Shown: piece after piece, positions 35,555-48,932 of the stretch
Layout of the letters: each line of letters starts with the position of its first letter
Position numbering within the stretch: position 1 is the stretch's first letter
DNA from: Rhynchobatus australiae
Taxonomy: Eukaryota
DNA: 64,000 nucleotides
Assembly (NCBI GenBank): GCA_034780895.1
Contig: JAUZTB010000118.1
Location: 69,819,669-69,883,668, forward strand
Reading direction: 5' to 3'
Made by a program: the position numbers and the translations under genes
The notes under the pieces: generated by a model
What the model was told of the DNA's origin: nothing
The model's database searches: none
What the model saw: the letters and a program-made list of their open reading frames with translations, nothing else

Positions 35555-37091
35555 NNNNNNNNNNNNNNNNNNNNNNNNNNNNNNNNNNCCGATCTTAATC
35601 TACCCCTCACTGACTCCCCTCCCAAAAATTTGCTTTCTATTGCTCCACATGATGACAATGAATATGGAGAAAAGGCTTTAGTGCAGATTCACATGTGCAA
35701 GGCCAACTCCATGACATATGATGCTTTGGCCATTGCATGTGGGACAAAGACTATGACAACTTCGGGACCATGCACCAAATTGGAATGATCACTACACATA
35801 CCATATTTTCAAAGCATGAAAACAGGCACTGAAATAGTCCTAGAATAGTTCCTGTTCAGTATATTCTTTGCTTAAAAGTGCAACCTGCAGCCCCATGCCC
35901 ATTTACAAAACTGCCTTTATTTTGGACTTTTTAGAAAGCTTTTTAAGCACTTCTTTAAGATGAGTGACTCTTTTCCTGCTTTGCAACATATGTATTCAAA
36001 GAGATTTCACATGTGCAAATGCTTCATTGCCATGGCGGCAAGCTAAATAAGCTAGCTGTACTGAGGAAAAAGCATTAGCTGCTGCTCACTTTTAATGTTT
36101 CAGTAGGGAGCCTTGGGAGGCATTGTATACATAGCAATTTTATTCAATGTCCACTCAGCTGTTTCTCTTTGTTCAGATTTCTGAACCTTTTTGCTTTATT
36201 TTGTTCTTCCTGCTCTTATTTTATGTTATTTGCACCTTCTGCATTGTGTTAACGTCAATTCCTTCTTTTCTGTTTCTCCATTTTTACTACCAGAAGATCG
36301 TGATGAAGTAGCGTAGATTTTCTCCTGTTTACGCAGAAAATACATAATTCTTGCTTCAAAGTGAAGAAAAAATGGTGGCAGAAAGACACTGCCTTTTTTT
36401 GTGCTTCATGTGTGCTGCCGCAGGATGAGAGGGAGGATGTTCCCTGTAACAGAGAAAACATTGTTAATGCTTCATTTTCTAAGGCTTTCATTTATTAACA
36501 TAGAAGATGGTGTGCCCAACAGATAGGTGACTTTCTTTAGAAGAAACAGGACAGTAACCAAAAGCCCTGAGCTTTTTAAGAACATAAAAAATAGTTGGTC
36601 CTTTTTATTGCACCACAATTCAATAAGATCATGGCTGACCTTTGACCTTAATGCTACTTTCCTTCACTAACCCTTTTATCTCTAATTTCCTTAATTTCTA
36701 AAAATCTATCATTTTCTGTCTTGAATTTACTCAGTAAGTAAGCTTTCTCTGTCCCTTGAGGAGAGAATTCCAAAGATTCACTACTGTTCTTGTGAAGAAA
36801 CTTCTCATCTCTGTCCTTATGTTGAGACAGTGATCCTCTATTCCTTGACACCCCAGCCAGAGGAAACATCAACTCCAAACCGAACCTGCCAAGTACCATA
36901 AGAATTTTCTACATTTCAGTGAGATCACTTTTAATTCTTCTAAATTCTAGAGGGTGCAGGATCAGTCTGCTTAATCTCTTCTCACTTGACAAATCCAAGC
37001 ATCCCAGGAATCAATCTTGTAAATCTTCCCTTCACTTTCTCTATTGCAAGTATAAACTTCCTTAGGGCCACCAGACCTGTACACAACGTAC

Positions 37092-37318
37092 TGGAGCAAC
37101 ACACAAAGGCACTGGAGGAACTCAGCGGGTCAGGTCAGGCAGTATCCATGGAGGGAAATGGACAGTTGATGTTTTGTGTCAAGAATTGTCCTGATGAAGG
37201 GTCTCAACCCAAAATGTTGACTGTCCATTTCCCTTCATAGATGCTGCCTGACCCGCTGAGTTTATCCAGTGCCTTTGTGTGTTGCTCCTGATTTCCAGCA
37301 TCTTCAGTCTCTTGTGTC
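37092..37318. mobile_element. Palindromic Penelope-derived mini-element with 12-bp TSD
   Basis: Arms ~37093-37172 and ~37214-37288 are near-perfect inverted repeats; TSD tacacaacgtac (37080-37091) / tacgcaatgtac (37319-37330). Confidence 0.85.
37188..37223 (+). ncRNA. Decayed minimal hammerhead ribozyme motif
   Basis: gtc-CTGATGA-a-gggt-ctca-accc-aAAA-tgtt-gac. Restoring CpGs gives gtc CUGAUGA agggu cucg accc GAAA cGUC gac, the minimal type I hammerhead described for PLE terminal repeats. Confidence 0.7.
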
Positions 37319-39764
37319 TACGCAATGTACAGTTTGCCTTTCCTAACTTCTTGCTCTACCTGAATGTTAACTTTCAGTGATTCATGCATGAGGACACCAA
37401 AACGTTTCAGTTGTTCACCATTTAAAAAAATGCCCTTCCTTTCTATGCTTCAATCAAAATAGAACAACAATTCAGACCCCTCCCCTTCCACGGAGTTGTT
37501 CCAACACGGGAAAAATCTTGGGGCAACAATAAACAGTTGAACTAACAAACATGAATGTATTTTTCTTTCTTCAGGCAGAGTGTATTTGAGGAGGTCAGCT
37601 CATCACACATTTGAGGTTGTGGAATGGGTGGGAGGAGGAGAGAGGGATGGATAATTAGAAAATCAGCACTTTCCCTGCCTGTTGCATAGACTAGGAAAAA
37701 TAAAGAAGCTGGAGATGAAATCTGTAAATTTAACTGGGTATTGCAGATGTAGCATTGGAAGAATCAACCTTAGCAGGAAAAATACAAATGTAAATAAACC
37801 TTAAGCAGAATATAAGCAAGTGTGCCATTAATAACTCATTTGTACAATACCAGCATTGTTCAGGTCATGGACAAGCTCTGCCTGTGTGAGTCTGTGATGC
37901 GACCTTGTTCTGTGCAGCTGATTCTGTGCAGTAACCTTTCTCAGCAGAGCCAGCACGAAGAAAACTGTGCAGTACAGCAGAATTTATCAGTCCAGAGGGA
38001 GGCTGAGGAAATGACTTGTGACTGAGTGGATCTGACCCTGTGCATAATTTATAATCATTAGTTTAAGTGACAGTTGTATGATGTTTGTGTCACTGCTCTG
38101 AACCTTGCAGATTTTCAGGCAAACGGTCCAATCAGTGTCTGGGTTATGACCTACTCCCATTGAAAGGCATGACTGATAATAGCTGGGAATGTTTGCTTAA
38201 TGCTCTGTCTCACTGCCTTGCCTAACAAAAACAGTCATAGCCAAACGGAAAATGTGAAAGTGACTTAAGGAAAATGTTAGATTTAGTTATACCTAGGGTG
38301 ACAGAGACTGAACATGACCTCCTTCACTGGGCCAATGAGGCTGTCGAAAAGCAATTAGATTGTGGATAAGTGACGAGTGATGAGGTACTTACAATGAAAC
38401 CAAAAATATTGGGAAGCATGTAGTTTATGAAGATAAAGGAGTAATTTTAACCCAATTCATCTGGCAGGTGAGGTTAAATTGATCTCTCATGACTCAGTCA
38501 TTTTCCTTCACCAGCCCACAACCTCCACAACCAACAGGGCTATATTTATAATTTGGTGTGAACACTAAGGGTACGTTAGTCCCCTCTCTTGAGAAAACTG
38601 TCAGGGTGGTTGAAGTAGCAATTTGTGACTCTAGATCATAACCACCTAAAGGAAAGCCACAGTTGCATCCATTTGTTGCTAGACAGCTTGGCCTTGAAAT
38701 TCAACAGCACAAGGTGTCTGCCTGGCAATAAAAGGCATCCTGGTCTTTCAGCGTGGTGGGCAGGAATTGCATACTTTTCACTCGTTGGAAGTGAGCCCAA
38801 TCATACTGGTGTTGGCGAATCTCCTGGTGTGAAGAACACCCATCAGAATTATACTGAAAACTGCCTACACATCAAAATTAGAATCCTAGAAGAGATTCAA
38901 GACTCAAATGTGGTGTTGGCATGTCTGAATTCATGAGTTGGGATGAGCTGAACTCACTTTGTGTGACACATCTGGCAGGAACAATCCCTCATGTTGTTCT
39001 AGCACATGATTCAGGCTAGTTACTGGTTTGTTGTATCAGGCTCCTGGTTGATTTTGTTAAAAACCTGGTTAAAATCAGGTTTAGCCTGATTTTATCACTC
39101 TGGGAAAACTCACATCATTGAATGTCACTGTGGCATTGCTGGCATAATATGCTATAGCATAAATGGTTTGGCTCCTGTCATGGGTGGTCTTCTAGGTCTG
39201 CTTCTAAACTAGACGGCAAGGGAGAGCAGAAAGAAAGTCAGAAGTGAGAAGGTCAGCTGTTGTAAGAGGGCAGAAGGGTTGTCTATGGAGTATATAAGGG
39301 AACACTTCTCCAAAATATCTTTACTAAGGAGCAATGTATTGGTAACAACATTTCACAAAGCAGGCTTTTCCCAGACAAATTTGATGTCACGATTTGAACA
39401 TTTCAGGGCATGAGTAGCACTTCCTGTTGCATTCAGAACCCTTTACATTAATGCTGATGGTTCCTTGAAAGCTACAGCAGATAATATCAGCAAATATTGC
39501 GATGTGCAGTCCATCACTTCCATCATGCAGGTCACTGAGTCTCTCTACATCAAGGGGAAATCCTTACTTCTTCCTTATCAACAGATTGAAGCAGTGTGGG
39601 AGAGCATAGGCTTTGCTTGCATGGCAGGAATGCACCTAGGAAGATTTATACACTCCCTTTTACGAGCAAGGTAGTTCCACCATCCTTAAGCAGTGCCACT
39701 TACTGCATATTCTTTGATACCATCATCCTAGACCTCTATCACTTAAAATGACAGAAACAAGTGG

Positions 39765-39910
39765 CTGTAGAAATGAAGGGAATCAGGAGATATGGGCTCT
39801 CTGCAAGAAAGTGGTGCTGAGGTAAAAGATCAGCCTTTACCTTATTGAATAACAGAGCAGGCTTGAGGGGCAGGATAGTCTCCCCCTGCTTCTATTTCTT
39901 ATACTCTTCC
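39765..39910 (+). mobile_element. CR1 3' tail
   Basis: 'gggaatcaggagatatggg..gagcaggcttgagggg..ctgcttctatttcttat'. Confidence 0.7.
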
Positions 39911-39939
39911 ATTCTTAGGTACCCTTGAATCCACTGTGT

Positions 39940-40180
39940 GCATGTTTCCCTCCAAGCCTCACACCATCTGACTTGAAAATTTATGGCCTTTCCTCCACCA
40001 TCGCAGGGTCAAAATCCTGGAACCTGTTAATTAACAGCATTGTGGGAGTACTTCACCAGAAGGACAGCAGCTGTTTAAGAAAAGGCCCCACACCACCTTC
40101 TTGAGGGCAAGCATGGATAGCAAAAATTAATGTTCTCTGCAGCAAAGTTGACGTCCTGTGAGAATAAAAAGGAATAAAAA
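39940..40180 (+). mobile_element. CR1/L2-group LINE 3' end
   Basis: 'gggtcaaaatcctggaac..aacagcattgtgggag..caccaccttcttgagggcaa' and an A-rich end; same family as 18950-19035. Confidence 0.7.
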
Positions 40181-43100
40181 AGTTTGTACAGCTAGTTTGT
40201 GGCCACAGCCAGTGCATCATGGATGCCTGTGCCTGATACCTTAATAGCAGTCATGGCTGTTTTTTTTGCTGTAACAGTTCTCTGTGCTGTGTTGCTCTAA
40301 GCAGATCATTAAATTATGGACTAGCTATAGCAACAATGCCATCCCTTCCAATATATCTCAGATTTTCCAACAGAAACCCAGTTGCAGCTGCGTAGCTGAC
40401 CTATAACATATGATTGGTAATATGATTGTGCAAAAACTTGGACTGAAGCGTCGTTTGGTAAATTGGTTTATAATTGTCACATGTACCAAGGTAGCAGTCA
40501 TCAGGTGGGAGATGGGCAAGACTTGGCTCTGAATCTTCTCACTATTGAACAAGTACAATCAGATGTGAAGTATGACCAAGTACGAAGGTAAAGAAAAATG
40601 GCCAATGTCTGTGAAAGCATGCCCAATGCTGAATGTTTTCTTATGCCTCTTGGCATGGATTAAAAATATTTGTTATACATTCATGCTGAACTGTAGGAAT
40701 TACTTGAGCTAAAATGAAAAAAAAAACTTGAAATAGTTAGCAGATAAGGCAGCATGTGGGGAGAGAGAAAAACTGAATTAATGTTTCAGGACGTTGACCT
40801 TGCATCAGAAGAGAGGAACTTTGTTATGTATTCCTTTCATTCTTTGTACAATGAAGATTGGGTTTACAGACCTCCATCTGCTTTGGCTGATACATACATA
40901 TATGCATCATTGCTCTCAGAGATTATCTTTTTAACCACTAACTCACAGGTCATGCAAGAAACAGAACTCTCTACTCCAGAGTATACACATGCGTAGTTTG
41001 CTAAACTGATGATTGATTGAAGGCTGAATCCCTAGAAGTCTTCTTCCCATTCAACTATGATTTAGCCAAGCCACCTGCAGTGATAAAAACATAGTGTCAA
41101 ACATTGCTTGTAGTCATTGTTTCCACATGCAAATGGATATCACAACAATTGGACCTGTGAGACATAACCAAACTCATAGCCATTCTTGGGATATTCAAAA
41201 TTCAATGGAGTCAGTATATTGCATTGCTATTTGGTGAAATTAAATGCATCTCTCATTTTGAGATCATAGCAGATCTCCCCACTTATTTCACAGCAAATCA
41301 AGATTTAACCTTGGTTACCAGCTGCCTTTGTCTGATAGCCATTTCCCTGATCCTTAGTTGATTTCAAAGTAGTTTCCAATATCCACATAGGGTTTTGCTT
41401 TTGTTTTAAAGTTTCCATTGTTAGTGATATTTTAACATGTTTTTCCATCAGAACTAAACAATGTAAATGTCACTTCATGTAGATTTGCCCTTGACAAGAG
41501 AGTGCTGATTAAGAATGTTTTGTTAAAAAGAAACAAAGCAGTTATCAGGCAGTTGTCTTATAAGTAATTAAATAGCAGAGACACAGTGATAATTTTAAGC
41601 AATGCTTTAGAATCAGTGATTCAAATGGGATGTATAATTTACAGCTTTAAAATTGGTAGTGTCATACCCATTTCACAAGGTAATTACCCCATCATTATTT
41701 TCTCATCCTAAATTAATTATTTGTGTGGTATGCTATTATACTATGTATAGCTTTACCACTGCTGACTGTCATAATAAAGTTGGAATAAAAATGAAGGTAC
41801 CTCAAAACTCCACTAGTTATAGTTATACTGCTTAACTTCAGGGGTTCAGTTAGTTCCACCTGACAGATTAGATTAATGTGCTTCTCTATCTTGAGGCCAA
41901 AGTGCAGAGGCAAGCAACGATGCCAGACCTGGTCTTTGTGATTGCTTTATTGTAATGTCAGTCATTTGTTCAGCCAATGATGGTGAGCATTGAGGCCTGT
42001 GGCTGGCAGTGCAAAGGTACACGTTGAGAGTAACACTCGTGTATTACTGCTCCATTTCCCTGTGTCAGAAACTATTCTGAATATTTTCTCAGTTTTGTCC
42101 CCCAATTTTGTGGGACGCTGGTTCCACTGGTACTGCAATTGCCATCTCACGCCACTCTTCTTCCACGATTCTGGAGAGATTTAATTTTGTTCATCAAAAG
42201 TCAGAATCGCAAGAATTCCTTTGTGTTATTTTATTGGCTTTGTTAATTTATTTTATTTTAAATGGGTTAACAACTGTATTAAAATTGCTTATCAACAGCC
42301 AAATATAGGGCTTCTAGCAAGGGTTCCATGCAATTTTTTAAAAAGCTTAATATGTTACAATATCATTTGTTTTATTATCAATGAAGGAGTGCAAATGTTC
42401 TCTTTTTAAATGCATTTTACTCCAGGTTGCTCTATGTCTGGTCGACAGCAGCTCAAAGTTACAGCCAAGCTCAATTTCTTTTCCACCACAGATAGAATCA
42501 GTGGATAGTGAGTACAAATGGCAATCAGGCTGCGTTCTTTCTTCTCCTCTAACCCAGAGGTACTCAGGCCTGCCACACCACTGGTTTCAGCAATTTATGC
42601 AATTTCTCTGAGGGTTCCACTGATCTCCTACTGAAGTTACAATTGAGACAACTCCTGTGGGAATTCATGCCCGAAATACTTAGCTATTGAGTCATCAATA
42701 GCTCTCTGGAGTTTGTCTTGACAATGAAGTATTACTGTAAATGTTGAATGATTCATAAAAGATAAATCTAGTGTTGTGCTTCTAACCTAAATTTATCTAT
42801 TGGTTTATGAATACTCCTCATCAGAGATCTGATCATTTCTCTTCAACCTTGTTTTAATTGCACAAATTTCTTCTTGCTTTCATCATACAAACCACTGTAA
42901 GAGGTTCTCTATTCTGATTCTAATCTTGATTCCCAATGCTTTCCTCAGCCAGGCCTGTGGTACAGAGCATTCACTGTTAATTGGAAAAAATGGTAATTGC
43001 TTATGGAGAAAGTGTGTTTTATTTCAATCCATCCATGTTTCTTTTCATTCAGCTCCAAATGCACTATAAAAGCAACACATCTGGTTAATCCCGGATTTTG

Positions 43101-43589
43101 CATCAGCTAAGGAAACAAAGTTTGCCACTGCTAAATATAAAGATATCTTATCTTAAGTCAAAATACAAGCACGTTGCTTCTTAAAATATTTTAAGGATTT
43201 ACCCATTTCTTGTGTGGGGGATGGGGTTATGATCCTCTCGTTAATCAACCAGATTGCACTGAAAGTTGGTGAGCAGAATGCTGGTTGGTTTGCCCCTGAT
43301 TTTCAAGCTGCTTACCACTTAGTTTCCCCATCCCAAAACAAAGGCTTCCTGGCTGCTCCTTGGATACCATGTAATGACCTGCATGCTGCACTTCCTGGAG
43401 CCACACAACACATTGAAGGAGTGGAATCCTCCATCCCCTAAATCCACACTACTATCTGTGCTGGCAGAGGATGTTGATCTCGATACCTTATGTTATGCAC
43501 CTGCATCTGTTTCCTACTGCTTAGCTGCTGCTGCCTATGATTAAAGAGAGAGGGCATTACATAGTGATTGGTGTTCAATGCTGAGATGT

Positions 43590-43830
43590 GCCTGTCATGG
43601 TTGAATAGCCAGCAGGGTGCTTAATGTGTGTGACCATCATGTGTGAGAGTTTACTGAACATTTTAAGCAATGGTGGCCTGATGCTTGGAGCTTGATTCCT
43701 GGCATGACCTGCCACAGCTGCCTCCTTCATTGTGTCGACTGAAGGTTTCTTAGCCCTCTGTGGAATGAGGATAGTTCTCACTATTGTGCCTCCTCCATCA
43801 AGACATTATTCCAGAAATGTGACATCCACT
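43590..43830 (-). mobile_element. Harbinger Myb/SANT-like ORF remnant
   Basis: ILIPQRAKKPSVDTMKEAAVAGHARNQAPS..KMFSKLSHM (ORF 43575..43781) resembles the Harbinger Myb/SANT pattern 'VLFP.G.RRPS..TL..W..VA..VNARS..PR....CRKKFNDL'. Confidence 0.45.
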
Positions 43831-46800
43831 CCTGTCTACATACAGTGTTCTTCAATGTCTAGTATGTTGGTTTAAGTTTCAAAATGTCTGCCAGCATCTT
43901 TCTTTTTCACTGCCAGAAGTTACTGCAGCCACAGTATACTTCCCCTTTAAGAGGGCAGGTTGATTTTAAGTGGTCCAGGTTGGTTTTAAGTTGTGCTAGC
44001 AACAGATAGAATTGGGCTGATTGTTACAATGATAAGCCATTGAAGGGAATAGTTAAAGCTGGCTGCACACAGCAATCATATAACTATGCTGGCACCACAA
44101 TGTTGGCATCTTCTGCACTGGGCATGGGTGAATCTATCCCTGTGCCTACTTTGGGCTGTCTGATTTAGTCCTTGTATGTCTATTACACTACTCAAAGCCT
44201 TTGAAGTATGCATGTGCATTCTGGACATTGAGCCTGTCTAGTCCACAAAGTGCACTGAAGTGCATTTGAACTGTTTACTATGGGTTTGAACAGTGAGACA
44301 GGTCTCACTGTCTATTACTGTCCTTCAGGAGCAGCTGCTCTACGTAGTCAGTTACAAGATTGTGGATGCTCTGGTTTGTTAATTCTTCCAGCCTCAATGA
44401 AAGAATGACAAGGTGTGCAAACGTCACCATAGCAATCAAGCGCCGAGTAATTAATTTGCAGAGGATCTTGCAACTGAACTTGGATAATAGCTTGTAATCA
44501 TTTATCACTGCTGCTTCCATTTATAAGGTGAATGACTGCTATACAACAGCTAATAAGAGTGGTACTTTCTTTTAAGCAAACTACTTTGAATACTCTTTTC
44601 TAATAATTTTAATTTCCCAACACTATTATTGTGGCAATTCGCAAAGGAGTTTGTGGACATAAATTCAAAATAAAAAAAATCACTGCATAGAATTAAAAAC
44701 GTTATATTAGTATAATAATTGTTAAACAACTCCCTCAGCATGTGCTACAATCAAATTGGTTTTATATTGCCCTCATGCTATGCTTGTGCAACCTAGTCTT
44801 GATTTACATACCTCACACAGCCAACAGAAACAACAAACTTGTTACTCTTGGACAAATGAACAGCACCAACTAGTAAAAATATAAGTCTGCCTGACCTTTG
44901 TCAGTCAGGCAATCTTGCTTCAGTGCTGACCTCAGCTGCATGAGACCTGCCCTTTGGAAGACTGCAACCGTAGCAAGAACTAGCAAAGGAGTTTTAAAAG
45001 CCATGCAGGAGGCTTTGTGTGACCTCAGGAGCTAGCCAGCAGGGAGGAATGGAACTCTCTGCCAGCCTATTCCCTCAGGGAACTGACAAAAACAACAAGG
45101 AGGCAAGCACTTGCTAAAATATAAATGATGCATCTCAGGAGAGGCACAAAAATTCTAGGTTTGAAACAAAACAACATACAAGGTGCCGCTTCCCTTCCCC
45201 TCTACATTGCTGTTCATTTGCAGTCCAAACTTGTCAGCCCAACTACCAGGAGGAACCTTTCCTTACATTTCAGAGAACGAACTCAACTAACAGAACAACA
45301 TGGAATAAAGGAAGGGAGGTTTGAAATGAATGCTGCACTTGAGCTCACTGCATCCTTCATGGCTGCTGGCAGTGGGAGCAGCAATCACTCAAATAGCTCA
45401 TTTGTCCACTTTGTTTTGCCTTCAGCATTCAGTACTCTGGTGGAGTTCGGACTTGGCTGTATGGAGAAAGCACTCCCAGTGGCATCTAACAAAAGTGCTC
45501 TCCCCTGAAAGATCTTGGAAGACAGCAAGACCTTCTAATGATCCTTTTGGGAGGATTTACCTTACTATTCCCCTAACCCAGACATGAGGGGCTAAACATA
45601 ATCCTGGGTATACCATTGGGCATTCATTAGTGAATTAGCATCCCATTAACATCAATTTGAAGAAAAGTTGCGCAAATTACAAAAGGGGTTACTAATTCAA
45701 AACTGCATGATTTGCTCTCCAAGATAACATTTGCTTCTGTGTTTTCTACTTCTCTGCCCAGTACTAATGAAGGCCAAAAAATTCAGCTCCAAACAGTCAG
45801 CTGATCTGAGCGTCATCTCAGAGCTCCTTGTTGGAGTGACTTAAATTTTTTTTGGAATTTAGCACAGCAGGAATGAAGAAATACAAGATCTTGCATTTAC
45901 ATTTTGAAGGCACATTCTAATGTGAAGTTCAGCAAAGACAAAACCCTGGAATCTCCTAAGACAGCTTCCTTGGAGACAAACAGGAATTTCATACTCCTGG
46001 TCTACTCTGAGGATGCTCACCCAATATTCCAGAGTCAGAATCGTTTACATATGTATGATGGGGGTCCAAGCCATATTCAGCCATGCATTTCAGCTGAGGT
46101 AAGTGGTAGGAGGCATGGTCCTGCAAGCCATCTACGGAGTGTGAGATTGTCCTGTTAGACAAAGGCTTTTTTTTGAAAGTCTTCAGAATCTTCCACCCCA
46201 ACTTCCAACAGCATCTGATCCTGGCACTTAATGCGTGCACACTTCATGCAACCACACAGTAATGTGGCTCTCAGAGATGAAAGCATTGACAATTCTGACA
46301 GTCGCTTTTGGGGATGTCTGAATTGAGAACAGAGAAGGGGAAGGTGGGAGGTATGACATGGGAAAGGAGAAATGGAGCTCCAGAAGATTAAGCCTGAAAT
46401 TTCACCCTACTAACTCGGAGAGAAGTAACCTTATGGTACTTTATTCTAAGGATTTTACTGCTAAACCTATCCAGCATATTTATGACCAGTATGCAGTTTC
46501 TGGTGATGCCAGAAGCTGAGCAAATTCCACAAGTTTTCCAACCTAAGATTACAGTCAAGGATAAAGTGGACACATTTGTACGGAAATCAGTGAACACATA
46601 AAGTATCCAAATAGAACAATGCACTTGTTACTTGTATTGGCTGAAAATGTTTCTGTTACGCTCCAAGAATAAGGATTAATTAGAACCTCATTAAATTTAA
46701 TGTGTACAGATCTGAAGACTTCAGTGCTGCTTTTATTTGCTGGAGGAAATCGATATGCTGGTTTATGTTTTGAAAGCTGCTCAATGCTTGAATGCAGTCA

Positions 46801-48555
46801 GATATCTCCAGTGCATAGGAAACCATGCTGTGCATGTGATCAACAAACAGTGGCTTGGGATTTTAAGAGAACTGAATACTTAATAGCACTGAAACAGACA
46901 AAGTGAATCAGAAGGGAATGCTAATCAGACATATTGGAAGAGAAAATGCTGTTATGTTACGTACTTTCCTGCATCCATTTATAATGGAGAGAGACAGAAA
47001 AGGAAAATCACAACTTATCCTAAGTATTTAAAGGTATTCAATGACACTTGATTACATTTGCTAACATTTTGGGCTAATATCTATGCAAGTATTTGAAGAT
47101 CCTTCCCTCAATGTCCTGCTCCAAGCTGTTCTGTCACAGCCTTTATGAACCATTTCTACCTCCTTAGGCTGAAATCTATTGTCATTGCCAGGTAGCTATG
47201 CCTGCTATGAAGCTAACTGTTCATGTAGAAAGGAAATATGATGCTACACCATCTGCTTAAGATTAACTCATCACACTGTAATGCATTTCTGCAGTATTGT
47301 GGAGTAAGTCCCTTCAGCTATTCACCCTGGCCTCTTAATTATCTTGACTGTCTGAATCGATGTTTTAAAATTTATTAACATATTCCATTCCCTTTATTTC
47401 TGGTTTCACTACAACATACACAATTCCCTGTANNNNNNNNNNNNNNNNNNNNNNNNNNNNNNNNNNNNNNNNNNNNNNNNNNNNNNNNNNNNNNNNNNNN
47501 NNNNNNNNNNNNNNNNNNNNNNNNNNNNNNNNTACCAACAGACACATCTGTGCTGATTATGCTCCAAAAGACGAAAAAACAAGTGTATATCAGTGATTTT
47601 ATTCTTATCACGTTTGCAAAATAAAGTTCAGAAAGAATCAAATCTTACCAGCATGGATAGAATGTTAAATCTGTACCAATAATATTGCAACTTCTACAAA
47701 CATAATAGAAAATTACAACAATTGCTATCTACTATTAAATAAAACCACTGCTTCTTGCACTTGCATGGAAAAAGTACAATGTCTCTCTCTGTTCACATTC
47801 TTCTGTCCATACATGTATCTAATTGCTGTGATGAACACATAACGAGACTGTTTTACTACACCTGCACCAAAAAATACTCATAAGTATTCTGTTTAAAATG
47901 TTGTCTGTGTCATTCATATCAACAGTATCTGCAACAGAGAGAAACTGACTTTCACATATATTGATGACAACCATGTCTACCTCCCAGAACTACCCAAAAC
48001 ACAGAAGTTAAAATGGAAATGAAAATAGAGCAAGTTTTATACTCCATTTTAATCTCAGCCCACCTAATTTTCGTCAGACATAGGAGATGAACAATATTAA
48101 AATTGATGTTTTTGTTGCCACGTGGCAAGTCAGAGTTTCTGAATGTTAACAATAAATACATTCCTTCTAGTTTTGATAAAAATGATAAAATCAGTATGCT
48201 ATAAAGTTAATTTAAATGTACAGTCAACAAAATTAAGCTGAAATGACAAATAGGTCTTGAATGCAAAGGAAAGATGAAGAAATTTGTGCCAATAAGAGAT
48301 GATTTGCAGAGCTGTATGGACTAGAATTTTGTTGGTCAGATCATTTGAATAACCATTTTAAAATTGATTGACATAAATCCCAAACAAAATTTAACTAATG
48401 CATAGGGACATGTTTTCCAGATTAGACTCCTTCGTCATAGGCACTCTCTTGGGGTGGAGGATAACTATATTAGAGTTCAGTCTTCAGAAACCAAATTCAG
48501 CCTGAAGATTGCAGCAGCAGGCAGCACAAGGGCAGAGTCTCAGTTGAGTAAAAAA

Positions 48556-48932
48556 GTGGCATGGTAGTGTAGGGAACGGCATGGTAGTGAAGGGGGCGGC
48601 GTGGTAGTGTAGCGGTTAGTGTAATGTTATTACAGTGCCAGCAACCCAGGTTCAATTCTGGCCGCTGTCTGTAAGGAGTTTGTACGTTCTCCCTGTGTCT
48701 GCTTGGGTTTCCTCTGGGTGCTCCGGTTTCCTCCCACATTCTAAAGACATATGGGTCAGGAAAAGACATACGGGTCAGGAGCTGTGGGCATAAAATGTTG
48801 GCGCCGGAAGCATGGCGACACTTGTGGGCTGCCCCCCCCAGCACATTCTCAGTAACATAAAAAGACACAACAAACTGTGTGTTTCGATGTACATGCGACT
48901 AATAAATAAATATTTTATCTTAAATCTTATCT
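48556..48932 (+). mobile_element. V-domain SINE with triplicated 5' end and an internal 19-bp duplication
   Basis: ggcRtggtagtg at 48558, 48578 and 48598; aaagacataYgggtcagga twice at 48743-48780; tail (atctt)n. Confidence 0.9.

Larger units (their letters stand above)
36578..37460 (-). mobile_element. CR1 3' part, interrupted at 37092-37318
   Basis: ORF 36654..36899 (MFPLAGVSRNRG..KFKTENDRFL) and reverse terminus 'aagaacataa..ataagatcatggctgacc'. Confidence 0.8.

Noticed and set aside
36240-36460. Exon-like segment with good acceptors on both strands and retained CpGs
   Set aside because: Plus-strand frames stop at once, there is no convincing donor, and the peptide is unrecognisable; it may be non-coding conserved sequence.
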